Assembly (NCBI GenBank): GCA_964016885.1 | Contig: OZ024741.1 | Span: 51,522,001 to 51,586,000, forward strand | DNA from: Eledone cirrhosa | Lineage: Eukaryota | Direction of reading: 5' to 3' | Length of the DNA: 64,000 nt | Shown: positions 23,428-37,105 of the stretch, in pieces | Layout: the number at the start of each line of letters is the position of its first letter | How positions within the stretch are numbered: position 1 is the first letter of the stretch | Made by a program: the position numbers and the translations under genes | The notes under the pieces: model-generated | What the model was told of the DNA's origin: nothing | Seen by the model: only the letters and a program-made list of their open reading frames with translations | Database searches by the model: none

Positions 23428-23487
23428 ACTGTTATATATATTTCGATGGTAACTGTTATGCAACAGTTATGACCTCATCAGCCAGCC
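23428..23487 (-). ncRNA. Minimal type I hammerhead ribozyme motif (Penelope type)
   Basis: Minus strand GGCTGG CTGATGA GGTCA-TAACTGTT-GCAT-AACAGTTA-CCATC GAAA TATATA TA^ACAGT. Helix I has a mismatch next to the cleavage site. Confidence 0.6.
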
Positions 23488-23663
23488 AAAAGTTGAACAG
23501 AAAAAACATGAAGAAGAGATCAAAATTATTTCTGTTTAAATTCATTGATATGACTCAGGCAGATACTAGGTGCAAACCTACTTGAATACTTTATTGAGTG
23601 CTCTATCCTGCATTTAATAGTGTTTGTGATTAACTAACACTAACTTACTATATATATATATCA

Positions 23664-24013
23664 TCATATGTTAACCTTGGTCTTCCTCTTCCAGTGTGTC
23701 CATGTAGGGGCTCCCACAGGAGCACTGAGTGTAATGTCAACTCTGGATGTCGGTGAGCATATCCAGCTAACCTCAGTCTCCTCTGTGTCACTTTTGAGCT
23801 GACTTTTGGGAGGCTCCCATACAGCTCTGAGTTTTTCATCCTCAGTGTATACTGATTAATGTTCAGAGCCATCCTCAGCATTCTCGTGTTGATGCCCTAA
23901 GGACAGACTCTGGTCTGTTGGAGACGCAGGACATGGCAGCGATAATGAGGGACAGAGACCGCTGGAGAGAACTCATCCATGGATCTCGGGAATTTTACCC
24001 GCCCTAAAATAGA
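23664..24013. mobile_element. Short fragment of a different RTE-type LINE with 5' inversion
   Basis: Minus part encodes ...RRLRLAGYAHRHPE...GRGRPRLTY. Plus part from 23888 encodes the continuation VDALRTDSGLLETQDMAAIMRDRDRWRELI...stop. Confidence 0.75.
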
Positions 24014-24021
24014 ATATATAT

Positions 24022-25048
24022 ATCACAAGAGATGTAGTGGGATCTCAGGAAGCTTAACTAAGAATGTAGGCTTCATATGTAGCAGCTGTGCTGGGACAGC
24101 AAACAGCCACAGGAAACAAGCACCACCAAACTCTGGGAGGTTTCTGTAGAAACAGTAGACAGCTTCTGCTACCTAGGTGACCGAATTAGCAGCGGAGGTA
24201 GGTGTTCGGAAAGTACAATAACTAGGGTAAGAACGGGATGGAAGAAGTTCAGAGAGCTACTGCCACTACTAGCTGCAAAAGGCTTTTCCCTCAAAATGTA
24301 AGGCAGACTGTATGATGTGTGTATACGAACAGCAATGTTACATGATAGTGAGACCTGGGCGCTGTCTGTCGAAGACTTGTGTAGATTAGAAAGAAACGAA
24401 GCCTGCATGCTCCGATGATGTGTAATAGTAATATAAGCGAACGGCAAAGCATAAACGAATTGAGAGAGAGACTGAGCATAAGAGGAATCAAATGCTGTGT
24501 GCAGGAGAGGCGGTTGCGTTGGTATGGACATGTAATGCGTATGAAGGATGACAGCTGTATAAAAAGGTGCAGAGCACTAGAAGTCGATGGAAGCTGCGGA
24601 GTGTGGAGACCCAAGAAGACATGGGATGAGGTGATAAAAGCCGACCTTACCCAATTACACCTCTCAAAGGTGATGACACACGACAGTGACCTCTGGCGTC
24701 ACGCTGTAATACAGAAGACCCGATCCCCCACGGGTACAAGCCGAAGCTGAAGCATATAGACAATATGCCCCCACACCCTCCCACTGCAAAATGGTCATGG
24801 AGGTGCCACAGCAAAAAAGCACCCAGCCCACACTGTAAAGTGGACGTGTAGGCGCCACGGAAAAAAAGCACCTAGCACTCACTGTAAATGAGGTTGGTGT
24901 TAGGAAGAGGATCCAACTGTAGAAATCAAGCCAGAATCAGTTTCCGTATGAGAAAGGCATGGTCAGCCGACCGGCTACTGCCCACAACAGGACAACCCGT
25001 CTAACCCATGCTAGCGTGGAAGAACGGACGTAAAACGGTGATGATGAT
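24022..25048 (+). mobile_element. 5'-truncated, degenerate RTE-A-like LINE
   Basis: Homologous to 5305-6330, with stops and a (GAT)n tail. Confidence 0.9.
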
Positions 25049-25049
25049 A

Positions 25050-27170
25050 TACACAACATAATTAAACTAATCAAATTGTTTTTAAAGTATTGCTTACAAT
25101 CATTTTATCCAGACATAGGTCTGGAATCATCGGAGCATATAAAAGGTTAAAACATAAATTGCTAATCATTAGAACATTCAGCAGGATACATTATGTGAGA
25201 AGACTAATTATATTTGTTAGTGTTAATTGCAATATATTAAAGAGCAAGAGCAAAATAATATTATAATGAAAAAATAGTAATAAAATATTATAAAGAAAAT
25301 TTGTGTTAAAGCTATCATATAAGTATTATGAGGTGTATGGTATATATAAGGATTATTACTTATATAAAAAAATCATAATAAAAATATTATAGCAAGAATA
25401 TCATATCAAGAATATTAATAATAGTAGAGTACATGCAATATTGTAAGAAAATTGTGTAGTAAGGTCATACATGTAGGTGTTACAATAATAAGTATCATAA
25501 GATATATAGTTTTAGGCAAAAGGTATAATGTTTGTCATAATGTTCATGCAGAAAAATGTAATGGTTATAGGTGTGGAGCATGTAAGCATTAAGTATAGAA
25601 TTGTATAGTTCAAACACATAAGCCAAAAGTATGGAGTTTAAGGTCCTTTTCTTTAAGGTTGTGATGACAATTATAGCACCAATTTGATGTCCTTGCAGTT
25701 GTGTCATACTCGATGTTTCAGTTCCATAAATGCAATCGATATCATTTAATCATTTATAAACAATAAATTATGTTGATTGATTATATGTAGTTAATGTACA
25801 TGTTGCTTGACATTTTTCAAAGTAGTATCCCAAGCTGGACTAAGTTGAAATTCAAATATCAGCTTGTAAAAAACCTTAAGACTATGTGAGTCTTAATAAA
25901 CTCGTATTGAACTGTTAAAATTTGAAGAACGTGGTAGGATCAGATGTAGAAGGACTAAGGGAGGTAATTTACATGTTTACAGTTATTGTTAAACATAAAG
26001 TATAGGGTTATCGACTTATTGAGAATAAAATTAGAATATTAAGAAATATTAAAAGAACTCTTATACATTACAATGTTATAAACAATTTACATTATTTATA
26101 TATTTATCCTTTACCAAATAGTGTTAAGAATGTTAAAGTATTATTATTCAATAAAAAATTGTTAATAGTGAATAATTTATACTAGACTAAAATTGGTACC
26201 TATACCTTATAGTATATACATTATGATCCCTATTACCAGCCACCTATTATATGTTATATTTATTTAGATTTGCTATAATAGTGGTTAGTTACAATCTTGT
26301 ATTATCCATCCTAAATATATTAATGAATTTAAATGAATTCATATCAAAGTTTAGTATTAAGGAAAGTAATTAAAGGGAAAAAAATAAAATAATTAAATAG
26401 AAGATACTCTAAGAAGGATAACATAGGAAGGTATATAATGTACTTATTTAATCTATTTTAGGATTATTAAAGGAATAAGGTATAAATATAGATATAAGAT
26501 TTATAGTAGTAAAATGAAATTGCAAGGAGTGTATTAATATATTAAGGTGTTGGTAATAGTTTGATTATCAAATGAAAAAAATGTAAATAGAGGATAAAAT
26601 GTGCCTAAGTTAATGTGGTGGTCAGGTTTATTAAATAATATGATGGGTTCAGTACCCTATATAAGGGGGAATTATACAAAGGTATACAAAAAGTAGATGA
26701 TTTAGAAGATTTAAATTTAAGGTATAAATAGTATTGGAAATGTGGGTTTAGATCTGAGATTGTTATAAATTAGCTGCTAGGTTTAAAGTAGTGAAAAGAG
26801 TGTTGGTGAGTGCGTGGACATGTAGAAAAAATTTCAGATTTTCTATTTAGTAAGTTTAGTTTAGAATAAATAATAGTGTGAGACTCAAAGAGACAGAGGT
26901 TACAAAATTTGTTGGGAGGTTTATAAGAGTGGGCTTTAGCTAACACATTCCATTGTAGGGTGTAAGGTTTGTTGCTAGTTTTCAATGAAGATATATATGT
27001 AGATAATGAAGTAGCATATTTGAGTTTAGAATTTTTAAACGTGCGAAGATGGGAATTATATCTCGTCTTAAAGCTATTCAAGGTAGAACCAATATAAGTT
27101 TTCGACATTGTAGATGTGGTGACCGTTGGTGACCATACACGAGTAACCAATATCCTTAATTAGGCAAATA
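25050..27170 (-). mobile_element. 5'-truncated Penelope-like element (GIY-YIG C-terminus + long AT-rich 3' region)
   Basis: ORF 26770-27150 reads KTYIGSTLNSFKTRYNSH...FCNLCLFESHTII...LLNRKSEIFSTCP. A decayed hammerhead lies at 25091-25137 near the 3' end. Confidence 0.8.
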
Positions 27171-27277
27171 TATATATATTAACACGAAATTGCATTGCAC
27201 AGCGAATGGCTGAAGTGGAAGATGGATGCTTTTATTTGTTTGTCCCATGTATTTGGTTTTATTCATGTGCAATATAT

Positions 27278-28004
27278 ATCATCATCATCGTTTAAAGTCC
27301 ATCTTCCATGCTAGCATGGGTTAGACGGTTTTGTTCCATTTGATGCGGGAATGGTTGGGGGACCGTGTCTCGATTGTACGGAGGTGTCTCTGGCAGGTTT
27401 TTTTTATGGCTGGATACCCTTCCTAACACCAACCACATTTACAGTATGGACTGGGAGCCTTTTTACTGTGTCTCCTACATGACCACCTTACAGTGTGGAG
27501 TTTTGTGTCATCGACACAGTAGATGGAACGGAAATGGGAGGATGGGGTAGGGTGTATATTGGGTTAAGAGGTGCCTACTAACTGTAGGTTTGTATGCAAG
27601 GGAAGGCGAGTCTTCTGTACAACTGCATGGCACCAAAAATCTCGATCCAGTGTCATTATCTTAGAGAGGTCTAAGTGAGCCAGGTCAGTTTTTATCACCT
27701 CGTCCCAGGTTTTTCTTGGTATACCCACTCTGTAGCTTCCATCAATTTTCATTGCCCTGCACTATTTTATACAGCTGTCGTCCTTCATACGCATCACATG
27801 GCCATACCAACGCAATCTCCTCTTTAGAACACATTTGATACCTCTTATGCTTAGTCTCTCTCTCAATTCGTTTATGCTTCGCCGTTCGCGCACATTACTA
27901 TTACACATCCATTGGAGCATGCAAGCTTCATTTCTTTCTAATCTACACAAGTCTTCAGCACATGACCCCCAGGTCTCACTACCATGTAATATCGCCGTTC
28001 GTAT
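27278..28004 (-). mobile_element. 5'-truncated RTE LINE (third subfamily)
   Basis: IRTAILHGSETW...RLRWYGHVMRM...PRKTWDEVI with frameshifts, plus RTE 3' UTR. Confidence 0.85.
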
Positions 28005-28099
28005 ATACACACATATATATATTTATGTGTGTGTTGAATAGATACCATGTGAGTTAGAAATAGCTATGGTGGCATAAGTGTTTCATTTTCTTTGTTCAG

Positions 28100-28308
28100 T
28101 GTTCCAAAGTCACAAGGATCAGTAGCTAGCACACCTGATACACATGCCACACCTGCCGTACCAACCAGGAAACCCTGCAGTGGCTGGTTTGATTTTGATG
28201 ATTCTGATGTCAGCCCCATCAATGAAGCTGACATAGAGAAACAGTTTACAGGTCGTGAGAGTGCTTATATGTTGTTTTACCGTAAAACATCTCATCGGCC
28301 ACCCTCAG
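28100..28308 (+). CDS. USP40: USP40 exon, end of USP catalytic domain (WFDFDDSDVSPINEADIEKQFTGRESAYMLFYRK)
   Basis: USP WFxFDD and SAYMLFY motifs. Matches human USP40 WFDINDSKVQPIREKDIEQQFQGKESAYMLFYRK (recalled). Splice sites ag/gtaagt. Confidence 0.93.
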
Positions 28309-30426
28309 GTAAGTAGGATTACCAATAATGGACTGACAGTTAACATGTAGCTTTAAATAACTTCTAGGCCTTTCTCTCTTCTTCAACTGCTAACATGTAG
28401 CTTTAAATAACTTCTAGGCTTTTCTCTCTTCTTCATCTGCTAACATGTAGCTTTAAATAACTTCTAGACCTTTTTCACTAGATATAAGATATACAACATC
28501 ATTAGTGTGTTCTATATCTTATATCTAGACTGACATTTCACCATCATCATTTTTACACCTGCTTTTTCCGTGCTGGCTTGGGTTATACAATAACGATGCT
28601 TTTCTTGATATCAACCTTCATTTACATTTTTAATATGGTACTTGATTTACTCATCTTCATATGTGGGATATAAACAAATATCATTTTTTTAAAAACTGTT
28701 AGCACAAAGATACACAAAGACAAACACATGCATTGTCTCGCTCTCCTCCCATACATATACAAGGAGCTTCTGCAGTGTTTCTGTCTACCAAATTTTACCC
28801 TCAAGGCATTGGTTAGCCTGAGACTAGTAGAAGACATATGCCCATTTATGCTATGCCTTGGGATTGAACCCTAATCAAAATGGTTGCAAAGTGAACTTCT
28901 TCACCACACAGCTTTTTCTGTATCTAACATGATATTTGAAAATATATGGAAAAAGTCTTCTAAAACAGGAGTGAGTGAAGGGAATTTTGTCCTGCTCATT
29001 ATCATCATCATTTTGACCACACAGGTCAGTTCCAGTAATGTGTCAAGCCACACGTCACTGGTCTTCTGGCATCCAAGATTTACATTGATTAAAGAAAGCC
29101 ACCAAGTTTTGTTCTCTGTGTTTCTCTTCATTAAACCTTTGAAATTTGAAATGGTTTTAATAATTTGAGGATACTATTTCTAGCAGGTCAAGTGGCTATA
29201 TAACAGCTAGCTTATTAGTTCAAGGCTGACGTTTCTGTATAGTTAAGAAGTTTGCTCTTGTGTTCAATCTCACTGTGTGACACCTTCAGCAAGTGTATTC
29301 TACAATAGTGTTGGACCATTTACTGACTCGTGAGTGGATTTGGAAGATGGAAACAATAAGAAAGCCCATCAGATGTGTGTGTGTGTGTGTGTGTGTGTCA
29401 CTATATAGGCACTAAAGAAAGACGTTTATGTTTCACATAAATAATACATCACACAAGTTAGCAGTCCAACAAAGATGAGCAGTATATGCAATACTTTAAA
29501 AAAACAAAGTGGGTAACCACTGAAAAGGGACATCTAACCACAGAACTGCCTCAAAATGTCCTGTCCAACCCATGTCAGTATGGAAAAGAGGACATAAAAC
29601 CAATGATCATGTTGATGATGATGTGTAGCCATATAGAGGCTGTTTGCTCAACCAAAATATGAAGGTAAGCTAAAAAGTTCATAGGTTGACCAACATACTC
29701 ATGGAATGATCAAATGAGCTTGTTTGTTTGCTCAATGAAAATATCTTGGCTTTCGTGTGAGTTTATGTGTGTTGGACTTCACCTTCATGAACACAATTGT
29801 TTTCTTGTTGTTATTACAGTTGACACATGTGCAAGTTTTGTTGGCATTCTTTGAATTTGTATTTCTTAGGAGGTTTCATGAATATTTTACTGATAGACCC
29901 CAATCAGTTCTGTCATGTTGCCCTTTTCCCAGGGATGGGAGATGAGGTTTGAATTCAGAACACAAAGCCAGAACAGTTGCTACAAGAGGTCCCATCCAAT
30001 GCACTAACAATCTCACCTATCACTTCCCTGGACTGGTACATTTAGGGTGGTGGATTGGCAGTATCGGTAGAGCATCAGACTTCATGCTTTGCAGCACAGA
30101 GTTTCAGCTCTTTACGGTCTGAGTTCAAATCCTACCGATGTTAGCTTTGCCTTTCATCCTTACGAGTTCGATAAAATAAAGTACCAGTAATGCACTGGGA
30201 TCGATTTAATCGACTTTCTCCTCCCCAAAATTGCTGACCCTGCGCTTATAGTAGAAATCATTATTTATTGATCCCCCAAAAGATAACAAATCAAAGTTAA
30301 CCTCTGCAGGATTAGAGTGCAGGGAGCAGGAACAAATACTACAAGGCATTGAGTAACTCTGACAATTATTTGATAGCTATCTTCAATCTTATTTTCAACT
30401 AATTCTTTACATTATTTGGTTGTTAG

Positions 30427-30508
30427 CTTGGAGCAACCCTGCATACAAGGTTCCCGGTTATTTACTGCAGAAGGCCCTGATTGATAATAAAAACATTGAA
30501 GTGGAAAG
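30427..30508 (+). CDS. USP40: USP40 exon (AWSNPAYKVPGYLLQKALIDNKNIEVER)
   Basis: ttag/gtaaat, phase 1 to 2. Resembles ARANPRYGVPCHLL. Confidence 0.85.
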
Positions 30509-31499
30509 GTAAATCCATGCGTTTTCTGTCTTTTTTCTTTTCTTTTACTGTCAGGGAAGGAAGGGTTGTACCCATGACCTTTTAGTTAGTGCCATTCTTA
30601 GTCATTTGCTATTGTTACATAGAGTGATGAGGCAGAGCTTTTTATAAAGAAACAAAAAAAAAAAAGTGTTTTACATATTAGTATGCATGCATGGTCCTGT
30701 AACTCCCGAGGGAGTTGTAGGGACGCTGTATTGACATATGTTTCTAGGGAATTTTTAAACTTGGCAGAGCCCATCTCTTCTCCTTGTCTGAATACAACAG
30801 ATTTCTTCCAAATAAGGATAGAGAGTGAGAAAGAGATATAGAAGAAGAATCAACCCCAGTACTTGACTGGTACTCTTTTATCGACCTCAAATGGATGAAA
30901 GGCAAAGTTGACATCAGCAGGATTTGAACTTAGAGAGTAGAAAGTTGAAATGAATACCAGAAAGCACTCTATCCAATGTACTAACAACTCAGCCAATTCG
31001 TCACCTTACATATTAGTATAGTTTATATGAAAATTATTTAGGGAAGTCTGCAGATTGCAAGTTTGAAATAAAGGAATGAAAACAGGAATAAAGTAAAATA
31101 AAACAGTTTACACTTTTACCTCATATTTCATGATATTTTAGAGTTAAGTCCTCTTTGTAAGAAAAAGAAAATGTGATGGTGGTAGCAAGCTAAGCTCTTC
31201 TTTTTTACTTATATTGTGATTCTGTTGTATACATGTGTATGTATATATATACTATATAATATAATAAGGTTTCTATTATATAAAATCTATTCGTATAAAA
31301 TATATATTATGTTACTCAACACAGAAAGCTTAATGAACATTAAACTTATAGTATCATTTTTTTACAAATTTAAACGATAGACCAAAAATCTTCTTCATAT
31401 TTCAATTTGATAAAGAAACTACATATATATAGAACAACAAATGGATGTTTCATTTGTTTCTCAATTTGATATATGAAAAAAAATTTTTAGTGTATCGTT

Positions 31500-31549
<50 letters not shown>

Positions 31550-31929
31550 AGAGTCGGGATGCAACTCTTAATAATATAACCATACTCTACTACTCCAAAT
31601 TTCGAGTACTCTGTTGAGTAATGGTCTAACCAATTTCAAACTGAATCCCTCTTCATTTATATATGTATATAATAATATTCAAGTAAAGAAACATTGGTTG
31701 ATCAAATAATCTACTGACTGTAGTTGTAAACAGACATAAATCACTCTACGTCTTGTGTTCCTTAAAGTATTATCAGTAAGGTATCAAACGGAGTGTCAAT
31801 ATTATAAAAAAGGGAGATGGTTTTAAGTATACAGCTTCAATTTGTCATTCAAAGATGTTAAAGTAGTTGCATAACCATATATAGTGTTGAATATATGTTG
31901 ACTCTGGTTATTTACCTCTTCTTCTACAG

Positions 31930-32098
31930 GATGACCTATGACAGCACTATACACCAAATAGCTCTACAGATCCACTATTCCTGTTACTATGAGTACCGTG
32001 ATGGAGCACTTCATCCCTGTGAAAACCACCAACCATTTCAGTCCCTGGTTATTGATAAACGGAAAACTGTGGCTGATCTGAAGGCTGCTGTGAAAAAG
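31930..32098 (+). CDS. USP40: USP40 exon (MTYDSTIHQIALQIHY...GALHP...IDKRKTVADLKAAVKK)
   Basis: tacag/gtatag, phase 2 to 0. Resembles GALHP...FDKRKTLGDLR. Confidence 0.92.
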
Positions 32099-32468
32099 GT
32101 ATAGCAACAGGTGTGGTGTTGTGACTGGATGAGGGATGTTGTGGGGTTGTGAATAGATTGGGGATGGTATGATGTAATGGGTGAATTGGAGATGGTGTGC
32201 TTGGTGGTGTGGGAGATGATATGCACTGGTTAGTATTTTTAATACTAATAGTAATTCAAACTAAATTTTTTTTACCATGATTATCTTCCGTTTGGCCTCC
32301 CATTGGTAATACAGGTGTTTTGGGCACGGAAGATTTTTTATGTTTTTTTTTTTTAAAGTGAGTCCAATAGGCTGGCAAATGCAGTATGTACCTTTGATGT
32401 ACTGAGGGACCAGTTTAATTAATTTTTGCCTCCCCCACATTTCTGAAATCATTATTATTCCTATTCTT

Positions 32469-32652
32469 GGCGGTGGATTGGCAGTATCGGTAGAGGGTCG
32501 GACGCCATGCTTTCCAGCATAGTTATGTCCCTTTACGATCTGAGTTCAAATCCCGCCGAGGTTGACTTTGCCTTTCATCCTTACGGGGTCGATAAAATAA
32601 AGTATCAGTAATGCACTGGGTAATTGCTGGCCTTGTGCCTAAAGTAGAAACA
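32469..32652 (+). mobile_element. Meta-like tRNA SINE
   Basis: Same family as 2487-2669, with 18-bp TSD ATTATTATTCCTATTCTT. Further copies at about 30045-30262, 35126-35345 and 46115-46300. Confidence 0.85.
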
Positions 32653-33775
32653 ATTATTATTCCTATTCTTATAAGAGTAGGTGAGGGCCATAATTAGAAG
32701 AGCACTAAATAACATGGCTTGTGGTGGTTCAACAAATCAACTTTCTGTCATCATTCTAGGGTTGCTAAAATAAACTACCAGTGATATACTGTGGTAAATA
32801 TAATTGACTATACACCTCATCCCACAAATTTGAGGGAGAGGGTTTTAATCAATTATATTTGAGAAATTTATATATACTTAACCCTTTCATGACTACATTT
32901 CTAATGAAATATTACACTGTAGTTTAATTAATTAATGAAGAATTTTGAGGGATTTAATAAAATTATTAATTATTTCATTACTAAGATAGTAACTTAATAT
33001 AAGGTTCTTATATAAAATTATGTTGGAAGATTTAAATTTAAGTTGGAAACCTTTAAAATGGGTGGTTATATTTCATAGACCCAGAGCTGGATTGGTAACT
33101 AAAGGGTTAATTTGATTGATCCTGGAATGATGGAGTGTAAAGTTGACCATAGTGGAATTTGGAATCAGAACGTAAAGAGGCATAACTAATACCATATAGC
33201 ATTTTATCACCTACTCTAGCAGTTCTGCTAATTCATTGTCTTGGATTACTAATAACTTGATAGGTTTCAATTAGTATTGGCCCAGACCATGTCTAACTTA
33301 GCACCACTATGGAAGTTGACTTTGTCTTTGTTTCTTTCTTTTCGGTTTATACAAATACCACTGAGATACCAGGGTCAATTTTTCTTTCCTTCTTCCTGTC
33401 AAATTTGTGGCCTTAACCCTGAGGAGATGACAAGGCCGATCTATTAGCCGAAAAGTCGAATGACGAAGAAGACAACTGGGCCAATCCGTCAGCCTGAGAA
33501 TACAAGCCTCAAGATTAGCTGGCTGATCTTTGTACCAGCCAGTCAGATCCCTTCTTGCATTTCTTGCACATCTGGGCCTCTCAGTGGCGGATTCCATGAT
33601 AGTTTGCTGTGTTCTGTGATTTATTTATCTTGCACTTTATTTTTTATTATTTTTTTTGAAAAATAAGTAAATAAGTGTATACCCTCTGTAGGGCTCTGTC
33701 TTCAAAGGGGTAAACATCAATAAGAAATCTTCTTTATTGTTATTGATGATAATGTCTTTATTGTCTCCATTACAG

Positions 33776-33866
33776 TTAGATCAGAATGCCCTACTAGGAC
33801 CAGACATACACATGCATCGACTGAAGAAACTCGTGGCTGGAGGTCACTTGTATGAACATTTATCAG
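33776..33866 (+). CDS. USP40: USP40 exon (LDQNALLGPDIHMHRLKKLVAGGHLYEHLS)
   Basis: tacag/gtaaat, phase 0 to 1. Resembles AGLHIYQSL. Confidence 0.85.
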
Positions 33867-34642
33867 GTAAATAATGAGTCACTTCTTCCTCTTCAAACTA
33901 CTTGTACCTTTTGACCTCTCTCTTTCCTCTCATCCTTTCACCATTCTCTATCATCCAAGGATCAAATATTGGTGTCAGTAAGCTAAAGATAGTTGTGATA
34001 AGATAATTAGAAATAATCACCACTACCACCACCATCATCATCATCATATCTGCTTCTTTATATTGGCATGGGTTGGTCAAGCTTTTCATAGCCATCATCA
34101 TCATCTCTACTTCTTCATGTTGGCATGGGATGTCGAGTTTTTCATCATTATCAATTTTATATCTACTTCTTCATGTTGGTCTGGGCTGGTTGAGTTTTCT
34201 TGCGGTGAAGTATTTTATGGCTGTATATTCTTCCTGATACCACAGGTCTTCATTGAACTGCTGCTATTCAGTGGGACAGGAAAAGACATCACTGCTTGCT
34301 TAAACAGTGTCAATATAAAGAGGCATGCAGAGAAAAATGTACATACACACACATGTATATACATACACACAGACACACACATGTATACACACACACACAT
34401 ATCCAACTCACATTAGTGTGGAAAGTAGACACAAAATAATTTTGATGATGTCTAAATATATATCTATACACACATACACACTCACAAATATATATATATA
34501 TACCCAGTTTCACTCACCTGAAAGTATAGTAAATGATACTTAACTAAGATGCCACATAGGGTCAAATCCCAATCGTTAGTCACTAACCATTAGTCATTAA
34601 CCATTAGTCACCAAATCATTAATCATTATTAACCATTAGTTA

Positions 34643-34827
34643 GGGCGGTGGATTGGCAGTATCGGTAGAGGGTTGGACGCCATGCTTTTCAGCATAGTTA
34701 CGTCCCTTTACGATCTGAGTTCAAATCCCGCCGAGGTTGACTTTGCCTTTCATCCTTACGGGGTCGATAAAATAAAGTACCAGTAATGCACTGGGTAATT
34801 GCTGGCCTTGTGCCTAAAGTAGAAATA
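34643..34827 (+). mobile_element. Meta-like tRNA SINE
   Basis: Near identical to 32469-32652, with TSD ATTATTAACCATTAGT. Confidence 0.85.
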
Positions 34828-35395
34828 ATTATTAACCATTAGTCATTAATCATTATTTGTTAGTCATTAATGACTAAAGATTAACGATTAATACTAATAA
34901 TTAGCTATGTCTAGGATATGACATCAGGCGTTGTGCCTCTGTAAGAAATTAATGCTGCTACTACTACAATTACTACTATGTTCTGAGCTCTAATCCCACC
35001 GACATTAACTTTGTTTTTCATCCTTACAGGTTCGATAAAATAAAGTATAAGTTATGTACTGGGGTTGATTTAATCACCTCCCCACCAGAATTGTTGATCA
35101 GAAAACATTATTATTATTATTTTAGAGGATTGGCAGTATTGGTACAGCATTGGACACCATGCTTTGTGGCATATACTTACGGCCCTTTATGTTCTGAGTT
35201 CTAATCCTGCCAAGGTTAACTTTGCCTGTCATCCTTATGAGGTCAATAAAATAAGGCACCAGTAATGCATTAGGGTTGATTTAATCAACTTTCCCCCTCC
35301 CTTTCAAATTGCTGGCCTTGTGCCTAAAGTAGAAACCATTATTATTATTTTATTAAATTCTTGAGCTACAGAATTACTGTCTTTCAATTTTGCAG

Positions 35396-35469
35396 CTGAT
35401 GATACCAAAGTAATAGAAAGTCTACCTATTAAATATGGTACCAAGTTGTTTATTTGGGATGGGAAGCAG
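35396..35469 (+). CDS. USP40: USP40 exon (ADDTKVIESLPIKYGTKLFIWDGKQ)
   Basis: tgcag/gtaagt, phase 1 to 0. Resembles IFVWNGVE. Confidence 0.88.
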
Positions 35470-37105
35470 GTAAGTTTGTTGAAGTTGCATTTGTGTCCTT
35501 CAAGTCTACTCACTTTCAGCTTCTGACACTATTGTCTAGAGGACTGGCACCTGTATTTGTCATTAGTTAATGTTTGTGTTGTAAACATCACAGGGTCCTT
35601 GATTCCTATCAATCTCATCCATCATAAGATGTGTGATGCTGGACTTCAATCCCCACCTTGTGTTTTTCTCAGTGCTGGCAGGGTTTGGCACAATGTTTGT
35701 GAGGTTAAAAGTGTTGAACTAGTGGCTGTCTATATCATTATGAGTTGAAGCCTTACTACATCCATTGGATTATGTCTTCAGTAAAGTATGTAACACTGCT
35801 TTCTCTGGTTTCCCTCAACCAACAACTCGCCCTTACAATTTTACATACAGTATAACATAAGTTTTATCGTGGCATCAGCACTAGGAAGGTTGTTAAATTT
35901 CTGACATAACTGAAGAGTCCACTTGACTCTTTACAAATTTACAGGGTGTACTGGGAGCATTTTTTTGTGATACCAGCACTAGAGACGTTCTTGAATCCAT
36001 GACGTGCCTGAAGAGTCCCTTTTGCTATTACTGGATGTGCTTCCTAACACCAACTACTTTACAGAGTTTGCAAGGTGTATTTTATTGTGATACCAGTACT
36101 AGGAAGGCTGTTTGTCACTTATTTGACTAAAGAGCCTGATTAATTCATCAAGGTAGTAAAAGCTGTCAACAACTTCTATGGAGCATCTCGGACAATTGAG
36201 GGAATCTATTTTGTATGAACTTTCAATACTTATTTCTCCTTTCTATTATTCTACTACTTTTTCCAGCCGATAGGCTGTGGTCATGCTGGAGCACCACCTG
36301 TAATTCTAGTTAATCTAACTGTAATTCTAGTATCTGGCACAGATATTTGCTCAATATATGAAAAAGGAGCAGGAAAAAATTCCATAAGGTGCACAAAAAA
36401 TGAACTGTAATTCTAGTTTATTTCTTGTGCACCTTATGGAATTTTCTGTGCCATGGCTTCCCTCCTACTTAAGACCTTAGTCTTAATAAGTAGGAGTTTA
36501 CTTGTATAAGTTTACTTTTAGGCTTTTTGATTCTAGATTTTTCTTCCATATCTTCAATTTTGTATCTAATTCTTCTACTGATTCAGCTTTAAGAATTAGG
36601 TCATCAGTGTACGGGTGTTCCCTGTGATAAAGTGAAGAGGACTGAGTTTTGGCAGATACTATCTGGCATTTCAAATTCATCATTGTACTTGTTGCCAAGT
36701 CTCACCTTACTGGTTGCACATCTATACGTGCAATTAGCGATGGTCATAGCTGAAATGCTTTTGAACATAAGTCTGCTTGATCAGAGATGGCCTAGAGCTA
36801 TAACAATAGCCTGCTATTCTATCTATTGTTGTTTTCTCTCCTTGCTTCTCTCGTCCTTCTCTCCACCAATAAATACAATATCAGACATCCTGCTATTCTA
36901 TTGTCATTCCCCTGCTGCTCTCTCTTTGCTTTTCTCATCCAGCTATTCTATCTATTGTCATTCCCCTGCTGCTCTCTCTTTGCTTTTCTCATCCTGCTAT
37001 TCTATCTATTGTCATTCCCCTACTGTTCTCTCCTTGCTTCTCTCATCCTTCTCTCCACCAACCAATACAATATGAGCTGTTCTATCATTCTGTCTATTGT
37101 CATAG

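Noticed and set aside
33405-33500. CTGAGGA...GAA hammerhead-like string
   Set aside because: It has no GAAA, no NUH triplet and no helix I pairing in the right register.
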